NCBI GenBank assembly: GCA_041744375.1
Contig: JBGTLA010000053.1
Location: 44,536-108,535, forward strand
Source of the DNA: Acidimicrobiia bacterium
GTDB lineage: Bacteria > Actinomycetota > Acidimicrobiia > Spongiisociales > ZC4RG35
Direction: 5' to 3'
Length of the DNA: 64,000 nucleotides
Position 1 is the first letter of the stretch. Each line of letters opens with the position of its first letter. The position numbers and the translations under genes are program-made. Below are positions 10,037-18,037 of the stretch, piece after piece. The notes below the pieces were generated by a model. That model did no database searches and was not told the origin of the DNA. It saw only the letters and a program-made list of their open reading frames with translations.

Positions 10037-11092
10037 ATGCGGGCCGCCTTGATCACCGAGTACGGGCGGCCGCTAGAGATGGCCGAAGTTGCGGATCCCG
10101 AACCTACCCCCGGGGGAGTAGTCCTCCGGGTAGAAGCCGCTGGGGTCTGCCTGAGTGACTGGCACGCGTGGATGGGGCGTGAGGAGCTCCCCGGTTTGCC
10201 CCATGTCCCCGGCCATGAGATGGCGGGGGTGGTCGAAGCCGTTGGTGGGCAAGTCACACGGTGGCACATCGGGGACCGGGTGACGGTGCCGTTCTCCATG
10301 GGATGTGGCCGATGTCTTTCATGCGGGCAGGGCCACCTGAACACGTGTGACCGCGCCTTCACCCCCGGCTTCAGCCACTGGGGGTCATTTGCCGAACTGG
10401 TGGCCCTCGACCACGCCGACGTCAACCTGGTAGGTGTGCCCGAAGACCTGCAGCCGGTCCACGCTGCCGCCCTGGGCTGTCGCTTCATCACTGCCTTCCG
10501 GGCGGTGGTCGACAGGGGACGAATTGAACCGGGTGAATGGTTGGCGGTGCACGGATGCGGTGGTGTGGGACTGTCGGCGGTGATGATCGGCGCCGCGCTC
10601 GGCGCCAGGGTGGTGGCCGTGGACATCAGCGGCGAGAAGTTGACGATGGCCGGCGAGTTGGGGGCCGAAGCCACAGTGGATGCCACCACCGTCGACGACG
10701 CTGCCAACGCGATACGCGACCTGACCGGTGGGGGTGCCCACGTTTCCATCGATGCCGTTGGCAGCACCAGCATCGCGATCGCCTCGATCGGCTCGGTGCG
10801 CAAACACGGGCGCCACATCCAAGTGGGCCTCATGCTGGGCGCCGACGCCGCCCCACCGATCCCGATGGAGCCGATCATCATGGGCGAGGTCGAGGTCCTG
10901 GGAAGTCGCGGCATGCCGGCCACGGATTACCCACGCGTGTTCGAATTGATTTCGTCGGGAGCCGTCGACCCGAGGCGACTCGTCACCCGGACCGTGGCGT
11001 TGGAGCAAGCATCAGGTGTACTGGCGGCCATGGGTGCATTTGCGGTTGTCGGCATGACGGTGATCGACATGGTCGAGTTCGGCGGCCGGTAG
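10037..11092 (+). CDS. Zinc-dependent alcohol dehydrogenase (MDR family)
   Basis: Carries 'GVCLSDWH', 'GHEMAGVV' and a structural-Zn motif 'CGRCLSCGQGHLNTC', plus a Rossmann 'GCGGVG' motif. Confidence 0.85.
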   Translation: MRAALITEYGRPLEMAEVADPEPTPGGVVLRVEAAGVCLSDWHAWMGREELPGLPHVPGHEMAGVVEAVGGQVTRWHIGDRVTVPFSMGCGRCLSCGQGHLNTCDRAFTPGFSHWGSFAELVALDHADVNLVGVPEDLQPVHAAALGCRFITAFRAVVDRGRIEPGEWLAVHGCGGVGLSAVMIGAALGARVVAVDISGEKLTMAGELGAEATVDATTVDDAANAIRDLTGGGAHVSIDAVGSTSIAIASIGSVRKHGRHIQVGLMLGADAAPPIPMEPIIMGEVEVLGSRGMPATDYPRVFELISSGAVDPRRLVTRTVALEQASGVLAAMGAFAVVGMTVIDMVEFGGR

Positions 11093-11172
11093 GACCAGAG
11101 CCATCGTTGGGGCGGGAAGGGTGGGTTCATCGTTGAGGCGGGTGGATGCACGGGCGCCTTGGAGGGATCGGC

Positions 11173-12690
11173 TCAAGAACCCACCAAGACCAGCCCGAAC
11201 GCAACGACACCTCCGGCGGCGAGGTATGCAGCCGTGATCCACAGAGTGGTGGCGAGAACCTCGCCTTCCTTGCCAGTCTGTTCCACCACGGCGTTGGCCG
11301 CGATCACGTTGTGGGGGCAGATCATGTTGCCGGCGGCGGCGCCAAAGCCCTGGGCTCCGATGAGCGGGAGGGGGGGCAAGGCCAGCGTGTTGGCGGTTGT
11401 GTTCTGGAAGTCGGTGAAGAGGATATTGGAGGCGGTGGCTGAACCGGTGACAAAGGTGCCGAGTGCCCCTACCACCGGGGCCAGCAAGGGCCAGCCCGCA
11501 CCGGCGAGGTCGGCGGTGGCGCCGGCCAGGGCGTCGATCATCCCCGAGTGGACCATGACTCGCGAAAGGCCCAGCATCGCCACGAGCGCGACGGTGACGG
11601 TGCCCACCTGTTGGATTGCCTTTCGCACCGCCTCCGTGAGATTGCTGTGCGGCAATCGCTGTAAAGCCCATCCCAGGAGAAGGCCGCCCACCACCATCGA
11701 GCCTGGGTGGTAGAGGGGAGCAAAGCTTCCGGCGAACCCACCCTGTAGCCTCCAGGTCCACTCGAGCCCGCTCAGGGTATCGCTGACTCGTGGCGGAAGG
11801 CGGGTGGCCAGAACCAGGCCGACGACCCCCAGGTAAGGCGCCGCGGTCCACACCGGGCCGGGGAGGTCGGCCTCCGGCGGTTCGTCGGCGATGGGGCGGA
11901 AGCGACGGACGAGGGGAACGAAGGCCAACCCCCCGATGAGCGCTCCGCCGAGGGTGGGCAGCTCGGGCCCCAGGAACCAGGCGATGGCGAGATAAGGCCC
12001 GAGAAAGAACAGGGCGGCGGTGGCGGTGGCAGGGACGGCGGTGCGGGTCATGTCGCCGGTGGTCCTGGCCCGCCTGGCGATGATCACTACCAGTGCCGCC
12101 AGCCCGGCTCCCAAGATGGCGTGATACGGAGCGGTGGCCCGGGCCAGTTCCAGAGCAGAGAAGCCGGTGGCCGCCACCTGGGGAAGGATCGGTGTGCCCA
12201 CCGCCCCGAACGAGACCCCGGCGGCGTGGCCCACCATCGCCATGATCACCGCCTGGATGGGACTGAATCCCGTCGCCACCAAGAAGGGAGCGGCCAGGGC
12301 GGCTGAAGTCCCAAAGCCGGCGGCACCCTCCATGAAGAGGGCGAAGAACCATGCCACCAGGAGAGCAAGCACGCGCGGGTCTCCGGTGAGGCGGCCGAGG
12401 GACCCTTCTATGGCCTCCAATGCCCCCGAGGTTGATTGCATCTGGTGGAGGGCGAGAGCGGGAACGATGATCCACAAGATCGTGATCGACGTGAAGATCG
12501 CCTCGGCCATCGCCCCGCCAGTGGCGGCCAACGGCCCTACGTCGGCGGTGTACCCCTCGCGGAACGGCCCCAAAGCGAGGAGTAGCGCCACGGCCAGTCC
12601 GGCCAGACCGGCCCTTGATGCCGGCCATCGCATGCCCAGCATGAGGACCAGGATGACCACGATAGGAAGTGCTGCCAGACCAGCCGACAT
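11173..12690 (-). CDS. L-lactate permease (LctP family)
   Basis: 505-aa polytopic membrane protein with the LctP-family glycine-rich membrane segments. The overlapping 639-aa ORF at 11012..12931 is treated as spurious. Confidence 0.8.
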   Translation of the reverse strand: MSAGLAALPIVVILVLMLGMRWPASRAGLAGLAVALLLALGPFREGYTADVGPLAATGGAMAEAIFTSITILWIIVPALALHQMQSTSGALEAIEGSLGRLTGDPRVLALLVAWFFALFMEGAAGFGTSAALAAPFLVATGFSPIQAVIMAMVGHAAGVSFGAVGTPILPQVAATGFSALELARATAPYHAILGAGLAALVVIIARRARTTGDMTRTAVPATATAALFFLGPYLAIAWFLGPELPTLGGALIGGLAFVPLVRRFRPIADEPPEADLPGPVWTAAPYLGVVGLVLATRLPPRVSDTLSGLEWTWRLQGGFAGSFAPLYHPGSMVVGGLLLGWALQRLPHSNLTEAVRKAIQQVGTVTVALVAMLGLSRVMVHSGMIDALAGATADLAGAGWPLLAPVVGALGTFVTGSATASNILFTDFQNTTANTLALPPLPLIGAQGFGAAAGNMICPHNVIAANAVVEQTGKEGEVLATTLWITAAYLAAGGVVAFGLVLVGS

Positions 12691-13004
12691 CGTCGCCGGA
12701 GGCTAGTCGGGTCGGCTCCCGAGGACGGGGCGTGCGGTCATTAAGAGTTCCTCGAAGCGATATGACCGAGCCCGGCCGCTTGGGCGTCAAAGTGAGGTCG
12801 TCGGCGCCACGGCGACGGCCACACCGTGTCAACGGCCAGGTGGTTGTCCACCATTCACGACGCGCGATCCAGCCGCGGGCGGCGAACAGAACGACCGCTC
12901 CGATCGAGGCCGGGGTCACGCGAGCCTTCACCGGCTGATTGTTTCACACGACACTGATGGAGAGAACCATCGCCACGCCACCCTAGGTCGACAACCGAAA
13001 AGGT

Positions 13005-13691
13005 ATGCTCGGGCGCATGCTGGCCGATTTCACCGTCACGGACCAGGAGGGCAATCCCTGGGTCTTATCGGACCATCTCGACGCGGCCGCCCTGCTGGTG
13101 TTCCTGCGTGGCGACTGGTGACCGTATTGCAATGGCCAGCTGGTCAGCCTGGCAATGCACCACGATCGGTTCCTGAAGGCGGGTACCCGCATCTTTGCGG
13201 TATCGGTAGACAGCCCCGGGCGCAACGCCGCCCTGGTGGAGAAACTGTCGCTTCCCTTCCCCCTGCTTTCCGACCCTGATCGCGCCGCCGTCATCGATCC
13301 CTATGGGCTGGCAGACCCCCACGATGAGCGCAACATCGCCATTCCGGCCATCGTGCTCGTCACCCCCGACCGACAAGCGGCCTTTCGCTTCGTTTCCCGT
13401 GACTTCGCCGACCGGCTGCCAGAAGAAGAGATCCTCGAAAAGGCCGCCGGCCTTGGCCTCGCGGCCACATCCCAAAAGGAACCGGCCGTCGCCGACCCCG
13501 AACCGGGCGAGCGATCGCTGAGCCCCGAGCAGCTGCGCCTCTATTTCCGCGCTGCCCGCTTCGCCGCCTACGCCCTGGGTCGACGCCATCGAAGCTACGA
13601 GGACGTGAAGGCAGACAGTAAGGCCTTCGTGGCCGAGATGGATCGGTATACGACGGCGCTCGACTGGCTCTCTGCAGCGCATCGCTCCTGA
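13005..13691 (+). CDS. Redoxin/AhpC-TSA family thiol peroxidase, candidate selenoprotein with in-frame TGA at the active site
   Basis: The frame reads 'MLGRMLADFTVTDQEGNPWVLSDHLDAAALLVFLRGDW-TGA-PYCNGQLVSLAMHHDRFLKAGTRIFAVSVDSP...LPFPLLSDPD'. The TGA at 13119..13121 sits exactly where the first Cys of the redoxin 'WCPxC' motif belongs. A hairpin with GGUC in its loop lies 11-35 nt downstream at 13132..13156. The ORF caller reports only the post-TGA part (13155..13691). The call is either a selenoprotein or a nonsense pseudogene. Confidence 0.55.
13132..13156 (+). promoter_or_regulatory. Candidate bacterial SECIS element
   Basis: Stem 13135-13139/13149-13153 (GCCAG/CUGGC), extended by 13132-13133/13155-13156. 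The 9-nt apical loop CUGGUCAGC contains GGU and starts about 13 nt after the in-frame UGA. Confidence 0.35.
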
Positions 13692-13723
13692 GAGTCGACC
13701 TTGGCCGTCGACCTCGGTTTGAA

Positions 13724-14608
13724 TTAGCCCTGGGCCCGCCAGCCGCCAACGATGTCGGCGGTCTGGGCGATGGTGTCGAGCGTGATCGGGTCGAGAACGA
13801 GTTGCACGGTGGCGACGCCGGCCTCGTCGAGGGCAGTCAGGGCCTGTTCCTTGGCTCTCCGATCGGAGAGGCGATGTGCGGCGTCACGCCGGACGGGGTT
13901 CAATTCGAAGTGCCACAGCATCGCCAGCGTCTTGGCGACGGTGTCCGGGTCGCGTCGAACCGTTCGGCAGGCTTCGTCGATCTGGCTCAGCAGAGCGGGG
14001 ACCTTCGCCGGGTCGTTGTCGTAGGAGGCGTACCAGGCGTTCCACTGCTGCACGTGCGGAAGCGTCGCCGCCAGCATCCTTCGGCCGGTGGAGCCAATGA
14101 GAAGAGGTGGGCCCCCGGCCGTCGGGCCGAGGGGATCGATCACGCAGTTCGGGAAGTGGTAGTAGGTGCCGTGGAAGTCGATGGCGCCTTCTCGTAACAG
14201 AGTGCGGATGACGGTGAACGCCTCCTCGAAGCGGCTGGCCCGGTCTTCGAACACGAACCCGAAGGCATCGAACTCGGTCCGATTCCACCCCGACCCCAAG
14301 CCGAGGATAAACCGTCCGCCGGAGATCTCGTCGAGGGCCGCCGCCTGGCGCGCCAGCACGGCCGGGTTGTGAAAGGGAGTCGCGGCCACCAAGGGACCGA
14401 TGGCGACCGTGTCGGTGGCTTCGGCCAGGGCCGCCATGGTCGTGAACGTGTCCCACGGACCCCGCCAACCCTCCGGGGTTTGGTAGAGCAGGTGATCGCC
14501 CACCCAGATCGAGTCGAGCCCACTCTCTTCGATGAGGCGCGCCATTGCCTTGATCTCGATCCACCGAACGCGCCGCTCGATCTCGGGAAGCTGAACCCCG
14601 ACATTCAT
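13724..14608 (-). CDS. LLM-class (luciferase-like) flavin/F420-dependent oxidoreductase
   Basis: TIM-barrel luciferase-like monooxygenase signature ('SIWVGDHL', 'GRFILGLGSGW'). Start taken at the internal Met 'MNVGVQLPE'. Confidence 0.75.
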   Translation of the reverse strand: MNVGVQLPEIERRVRWIEIKAMARLIEESGLDSIWVGDHLLYQTPEGWRGPWDTFTTMAALAEATDTVAIGPLVAATPFHNPAVLARQAAALDEISGGRFILGLGSGWNRTEFDAFGFVFEDRASRFEEAFTVIRTLLREGAIDFHGTYYHFPNCVIDPLGPTAGGPPLLIGSTGRRMLAATLPHVQQWNAWYASYDNDPAKVPALLSQIDEACRTVRRDPDTVAKTLAMLWHFELNPVRRDAAHRLSDRRAKEQALTALDEAGVATVQLVLDPITLDTIAQTADIVGGWRAQG

Positions 14609-14821
14609 TCCTGCTCCTAGGCGGCTTGGTGGTCGACTCTCTGTCCATCTAAGCAAGCGCGGAGATGACGTACGATCTCCTCTGAGAAGTCGTGTGCCTC
14701 CGCCTGCAGCTTCTCGGCTCCCTAACGTCGGCGGTGTCGTTTCGTCGGTGAGGGACGATCGGCGTCTCGATACGGTCTTTGGACCCGTGACATTGCGCGG
14801 TCCGGGTCGAACAATCGACTC

Positions 14822-15298
14822 ATGATCGATTCACACGACTACCGATTGACATTGAGCGGCACCGGAGTCAAGACCGGCCGGTTCTCGGCCGGCGACGGGC
14901 GGCTGCCTCCTCTCGAGGTGGCGTCCCCTCCCGAGTTCGGTGGGCCGCCTACGACGTGGAGTCCGGAGGACCTCTTCGTGGCCGCCATCTCGGCCTGTCT
15001 CATGACGACGTTTCGAGCCATGGCGGATCTGTCCCAGCTCGAGGTGCTTGCCTACGCCGACGAGGCGTCGGGCCGACTGGCGCGCGACGAGGCGGGGGGT
15101 TACCGCATGGAGTCGGTGACGCTCCGCCCGCGTGTGCTCATAGGCGACCGCGACAAGGTCGCCAAGGCACATCGCCTACTCGAAAAGGCGGAGAAGGCCT
15201 GTTTGATCAGTCGCTCGGTGAGTGCAGAAGTGCGGATGTCCGCCTCGGTAGACGTCCCCGAGGTTGCGCACACCGTACCCAGCCTCAGTGGGCCCTGA
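14822..15298 (+). CDS. OsmC/Ohr family peroxiredoxin-like protein
   Basis: 158 aa. The OsmC family fold shows the conserved Cys pair context 'AAISACLMTT' and 'EKACLISRS'. Confidence 0.75.
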   Translation: MIDSHDYRLTLSGTGVKTGRFSAGDGRLPPLEVASPPEFGGPPTTWSPEDLFVAAISACLMTTFRAMADLSQLEVLAYADEASGRLARDEAGGYRMESVTLRPRVLIGDRDKVAKAHRLLEKAEKACLISRSVSAEVRMSASVDVPEVAHTVPSLSGP

Positions 15299-15373
15299 CC
15301 CATTCTTCCTGCTCCCGTCGGCAAGAGGCCGACGCACAAAGACCCACTCGGCGATCACAAGGAGTCACCTCCC

Positions 15374-15754
15374 ATGCAACCCATCGAGACAACGGTGGCG
15401 CTTTCCCTCGAACGGGCGGAAGAAGCCGTGCGAACCACCTTGGCGGCCAACGGGTTTGGGATCCTCACCGAGATCGACGTGGCGGCCACGCTGGCGTCCA
15501 AACTCGGAATCGAGCGTCCACCTTTGAAGATCCTCGGCGCCTGCAACCCGGTCTTCGCTCATAGGGCTCTCGAACTGGATCCCGACGCAGCGATGGTCCT
15601 TCCCTGCAATGTCGTGCTGGAGCCTGCGGCGGGAGGCGGCACCAGGATCAGAGCCGTGAATCCGCACGACTTGATGCCCGATCCGGCTTTCGCCGAACTA
15701 GCCGCGGCTGCGGCCCAGGACCTGACCGCTGCCCTCGATGCTGTGGGCGAGTGA
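15374..15754 (+). CDS. DUF302 domain protein
   Basis: 126 aa with 'FGILTEIDVAATL...KILGACNP' matching DUF302. AAGGAG RBS upstream. Confidence 0.65.
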   Translation: MQPIETTVALSLERAEEAVRTTLAANGFGILTEIDVAATLASKLGIERPPLKILGACNPVFAHRALELDPDAAMVLPCNVVLEPAAGGGTRIRAVNPHDLMPDPAFAELAAAAAQDLTAALDAVGE

Positions 15755-15788
15755 ACCCTGCGCCCCGGCGTTGATCCCAGACCGGCCG

Positions 15789-16067
15789 CTACCGTCCGAG
15801 ACGTCGCCGCCACCGTTCCCACCACGAGGGGGACTGCGGTTGTGTTGCTCTCCACTCGTCCCAGGTGGGAAGGTCACCGGCGGCGCGGGCCTGGGCGACA
15901 CATTCCGTGTGGGCGTGCCGGCGGCGTGCACCGGCTCCTTCGGGGGTGACGAGCATGTGCTCGGAGAGCGCCGGGATGCGATTGTCACAGAAGGGGCAGC
16001 GGTACACCGAAGCCGAGCGGTTCTGGGCCCGACGGAAAGCCCACCAGCGAACGTCGTCGTTGCTCAT
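15789..16067 (-). CDS. Small Cys/His-rich hypothetical protein (putative zinc-binding)
   Basis: 92-aa ORF 'MSNDDVRWWAFRR...YRCPFCDNRIP...HMLV...HAHTECV', with GGGAGG 9 nt upstream of the ATG. Function unknown. Confidence 0.4.
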   Translation of the reverse strand: MSNDDVRWWAFRRAQNRSASVYRCPFCDNRIPALSEHMLVTPEGAGARRRHAHTECVAQARAAGDLPTWDEWRATQPQSPSWWERWRRRLGR

Positions 16068-16125
16068 GAGGGCACACCTCCCCACGTCGGGCCACGAGTG
16101 GCGCTGGCTGGCCCGTTCACGCCGA

Positions 16126-17340
16126 TCACGTCTCGTCACGGGTGGCTTCGAGGAACCAGGTGGCGAGCGCCCCTTTGCCCTTCGCTTCGATCGTTCCCCG
16201 GGGCACGCACACGAAGTCCTCGGCGATGAGCCGATAGGTGCTCTCGGAGATCTGGATGCGACCCGGTTCACCGTGCGATTCCATCCGACTGGCGGTGTTC
16301 ACCGTGTCGCCCCACACGTCGTATTGGAACTTGCGGGTGCCGATCACTCCGGCCACAGCCGGGCCGGAATGGATCCCGAGTCGGAACTGCAGCCCGCTGT
16401 GGCGGCTGTACTCCAGCATCTCCAATGACATGGCCGCCAGGGCGTGGGCGTGGTCCGGTCGTGCCACGGGCACACCCGTCGCGGCCATGTAGGCGTCACC
16501 CATGGTGCGGATCTTCTCGCAGCCATGCTTGTCGGCGAGAGCGTCGAAATGTGAGAACACTTCGTTGAGGCGTCCCACCATTGTCTCGGGGTCGGTGTCG
16601 GCAGACATGACGGTGAACCCAACGATGTCGGCGAAAAGGACGCTGATCGACTCGAACCGTTTGGCCGTCGTCTGGCCGTGCTCTTTCAACTCGGACGCCA
16701 CTTCAGCCGGAAGGACATTGAGCAGAAGACGCTCAGCCCGCTCCCGCTCGAACATGAGACGTTTGAGGAAGTACACCAGAACCGAGGTGACCATGGCCAG
16801 ATTGCCCACCAGCACGGCCGTGAACATGGCGGTCGACAGAGTGGAGGAGGGGGGCGGTCGTGTGGCGGCAACGCGTGCCTCGACGAGGCCGAGCGCGATG
16901 GCGGCTGCGACGTAGAAAGCCCCCACCGCCGTTGCCTGTCGACGACCCAGCATGAGAACGAGAGCGAATGTCAAGCTGATACCCCACATCAGGTAGGCGC
17001 CGGAATGGGCGTATCCCCCCAAGAGGAGGTGGACCGCCACCTGGTTGGCGACGCTGGCTCCTGCCGCGAACCAGGCCGGGCCACTCACGTTGCCCGTGGC
17101 GGCGTGCCAGCCCCAACTCGTGAGGTACGCCAAGCTCAAGCCGAGCGTGACCCACCCCGCCGGGGCTTCCCCGAAACCGAAAAGGACGATCCCGATCAGG
17201 GCCGTGAGCAGGGCAGCGCCACCCAGGGCACCGGTGACCAGCCAACCCACCGTCCTCGGATTCTCGAGAGTCGCCAGCGCCTCGGCCGGGGTGGTGCGGG
17301 CGGCGAGATTGTCCCAGAACTGGCCACCAGACTCTTTCAC
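16126..17340 (-). CDS. Membrane-anchored class III adenylate/guanylate cyclase
   Basis: About 200 aa of N-terminal transmembrane helices followed by a CYCc domain ('VLFADIVGFT', 'KIRTMGDAYMAA', 'VWGDTVNTASRMES'). Confidence 0.85.
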   Translation of the reverse strand: MKESGGQFWDNLAARTTPAEALATLENPRTVGWLVTGALGGAALLTALIGIVLFGFGEAPAGWVTLGLSLAYLTSWGWHAATGNVSGPAWFAAGASVANQVAVHLLLGGYAHSGAYLMWGISLTFALVLMLGRRQATAVGAFYVAAAIALGLVEARVAATRPPPSSTLSTAMFTAVLVGNLAMVTSVLVYFLKRLMFERERAERLLLNVLPAEVASELKEHGQTTAKRFESISVLFADIVGFTVMSADTDPETMVGRLNEVFSHFDALADKHGCEKIRTMGDAYMAATGVPVARPDHAHALAAMSLEMLEYSRHSGLQFRLGIHSGPAVAGVIGTRKFQYDVWGDTVNTASRMESHGEPGRIQISESTYRLIAEDFVCVPRGTIEAKGKGALATWFLEATRDET

Positions 17341-17368
17341 AGTGTCTCCTCCGCCGTGCCTACTCGGA

Positions 17369-17809
17369 TCATGGCACCAGCGAAACCGCCACCGCGACGA
17401 CCGCCACGGAAACCACGGCTCCGGTCACTCCGATCGTGCGGGCGGCGCCAGCGGACGACCGCACGGCCGTCATGCCGTGAATCGCCGCCAACCCGAATGA
17501 AGAGAGTGCCAGAGCGATCTTCACAGAGAGCGCCGTCCCATACCCCGGCGAAGCAAGGCCGGCCAAAGTCACGCCACGGTGATAGGCGAGGGCCAGGCCG
17601 CTCCCGAGCAGGATGGGGATGAGGCCAAAAGTGGCCAGCCGACCAAAGCGCGACCCCAGCGCAGATACGAGGTGGCGACGCGCCGCATCGTCCATGAGGC
17701 GGGCCGAAACTGGTCGCACCACCAGACTCAACGTCAACTGGCCACCTACCCACAGGATCGCCGCACCCACGTGGAAGAACCGAACGACAGTCCACCCGTC
17801 CAGCCTCAT
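17369..17809 (-). CDS. Hypothetical integral membrane protein
   Basis: 146 aa with 4 predicted transmembrane helices. Start at the internal Met with GAGGAGG 7 nt upstream. It lies immediately upstream of the cyclase gene on the same strand. Confidence 0.45.
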   Translation of the reverse strand: MRLDGWTVVRFFHVGAAILWVGGQLTLSLVVRPVSARLMDDAARRHLVSALGSRFGRLATFGLIPILLGSGLALAYHRGVTLAGLASPGYGTALSVKIALALSSFGLAAIHGMTAVRSSAGAARTIGVTGAVVSVAVVAVAVSLVP

Positions 17810-18037
17810 CCTTGTTCCTCCTCGGTAAGAAGTTGAGAATCCATCCTGGCAGGCGGCATGAGACATGAAGACGGCGGTCAGGACCCACAATCGGCACTCG
17901 GCCCCGGCCGTCGGCATCAGCCTGCACGGAAAGGGGAAGCCGGCCCCGCCTTCGGATGGAGCCGAGCGTAATTCCGGTGTGCGAGAGAGCGGCGCGACCG
18001 GTTAGGTTCGGGGCGTGCATTTCTTCGAGGAGGTAGG

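Noticed and set aside
11012-12931. 639-aa minus-strand ORF
   Set aside because: Overlaps the well-supported lactate permease gene in a different frame. Composition is Arg/Gly/Pro-rich, typical of spurious ORFs in high-GC DNA.
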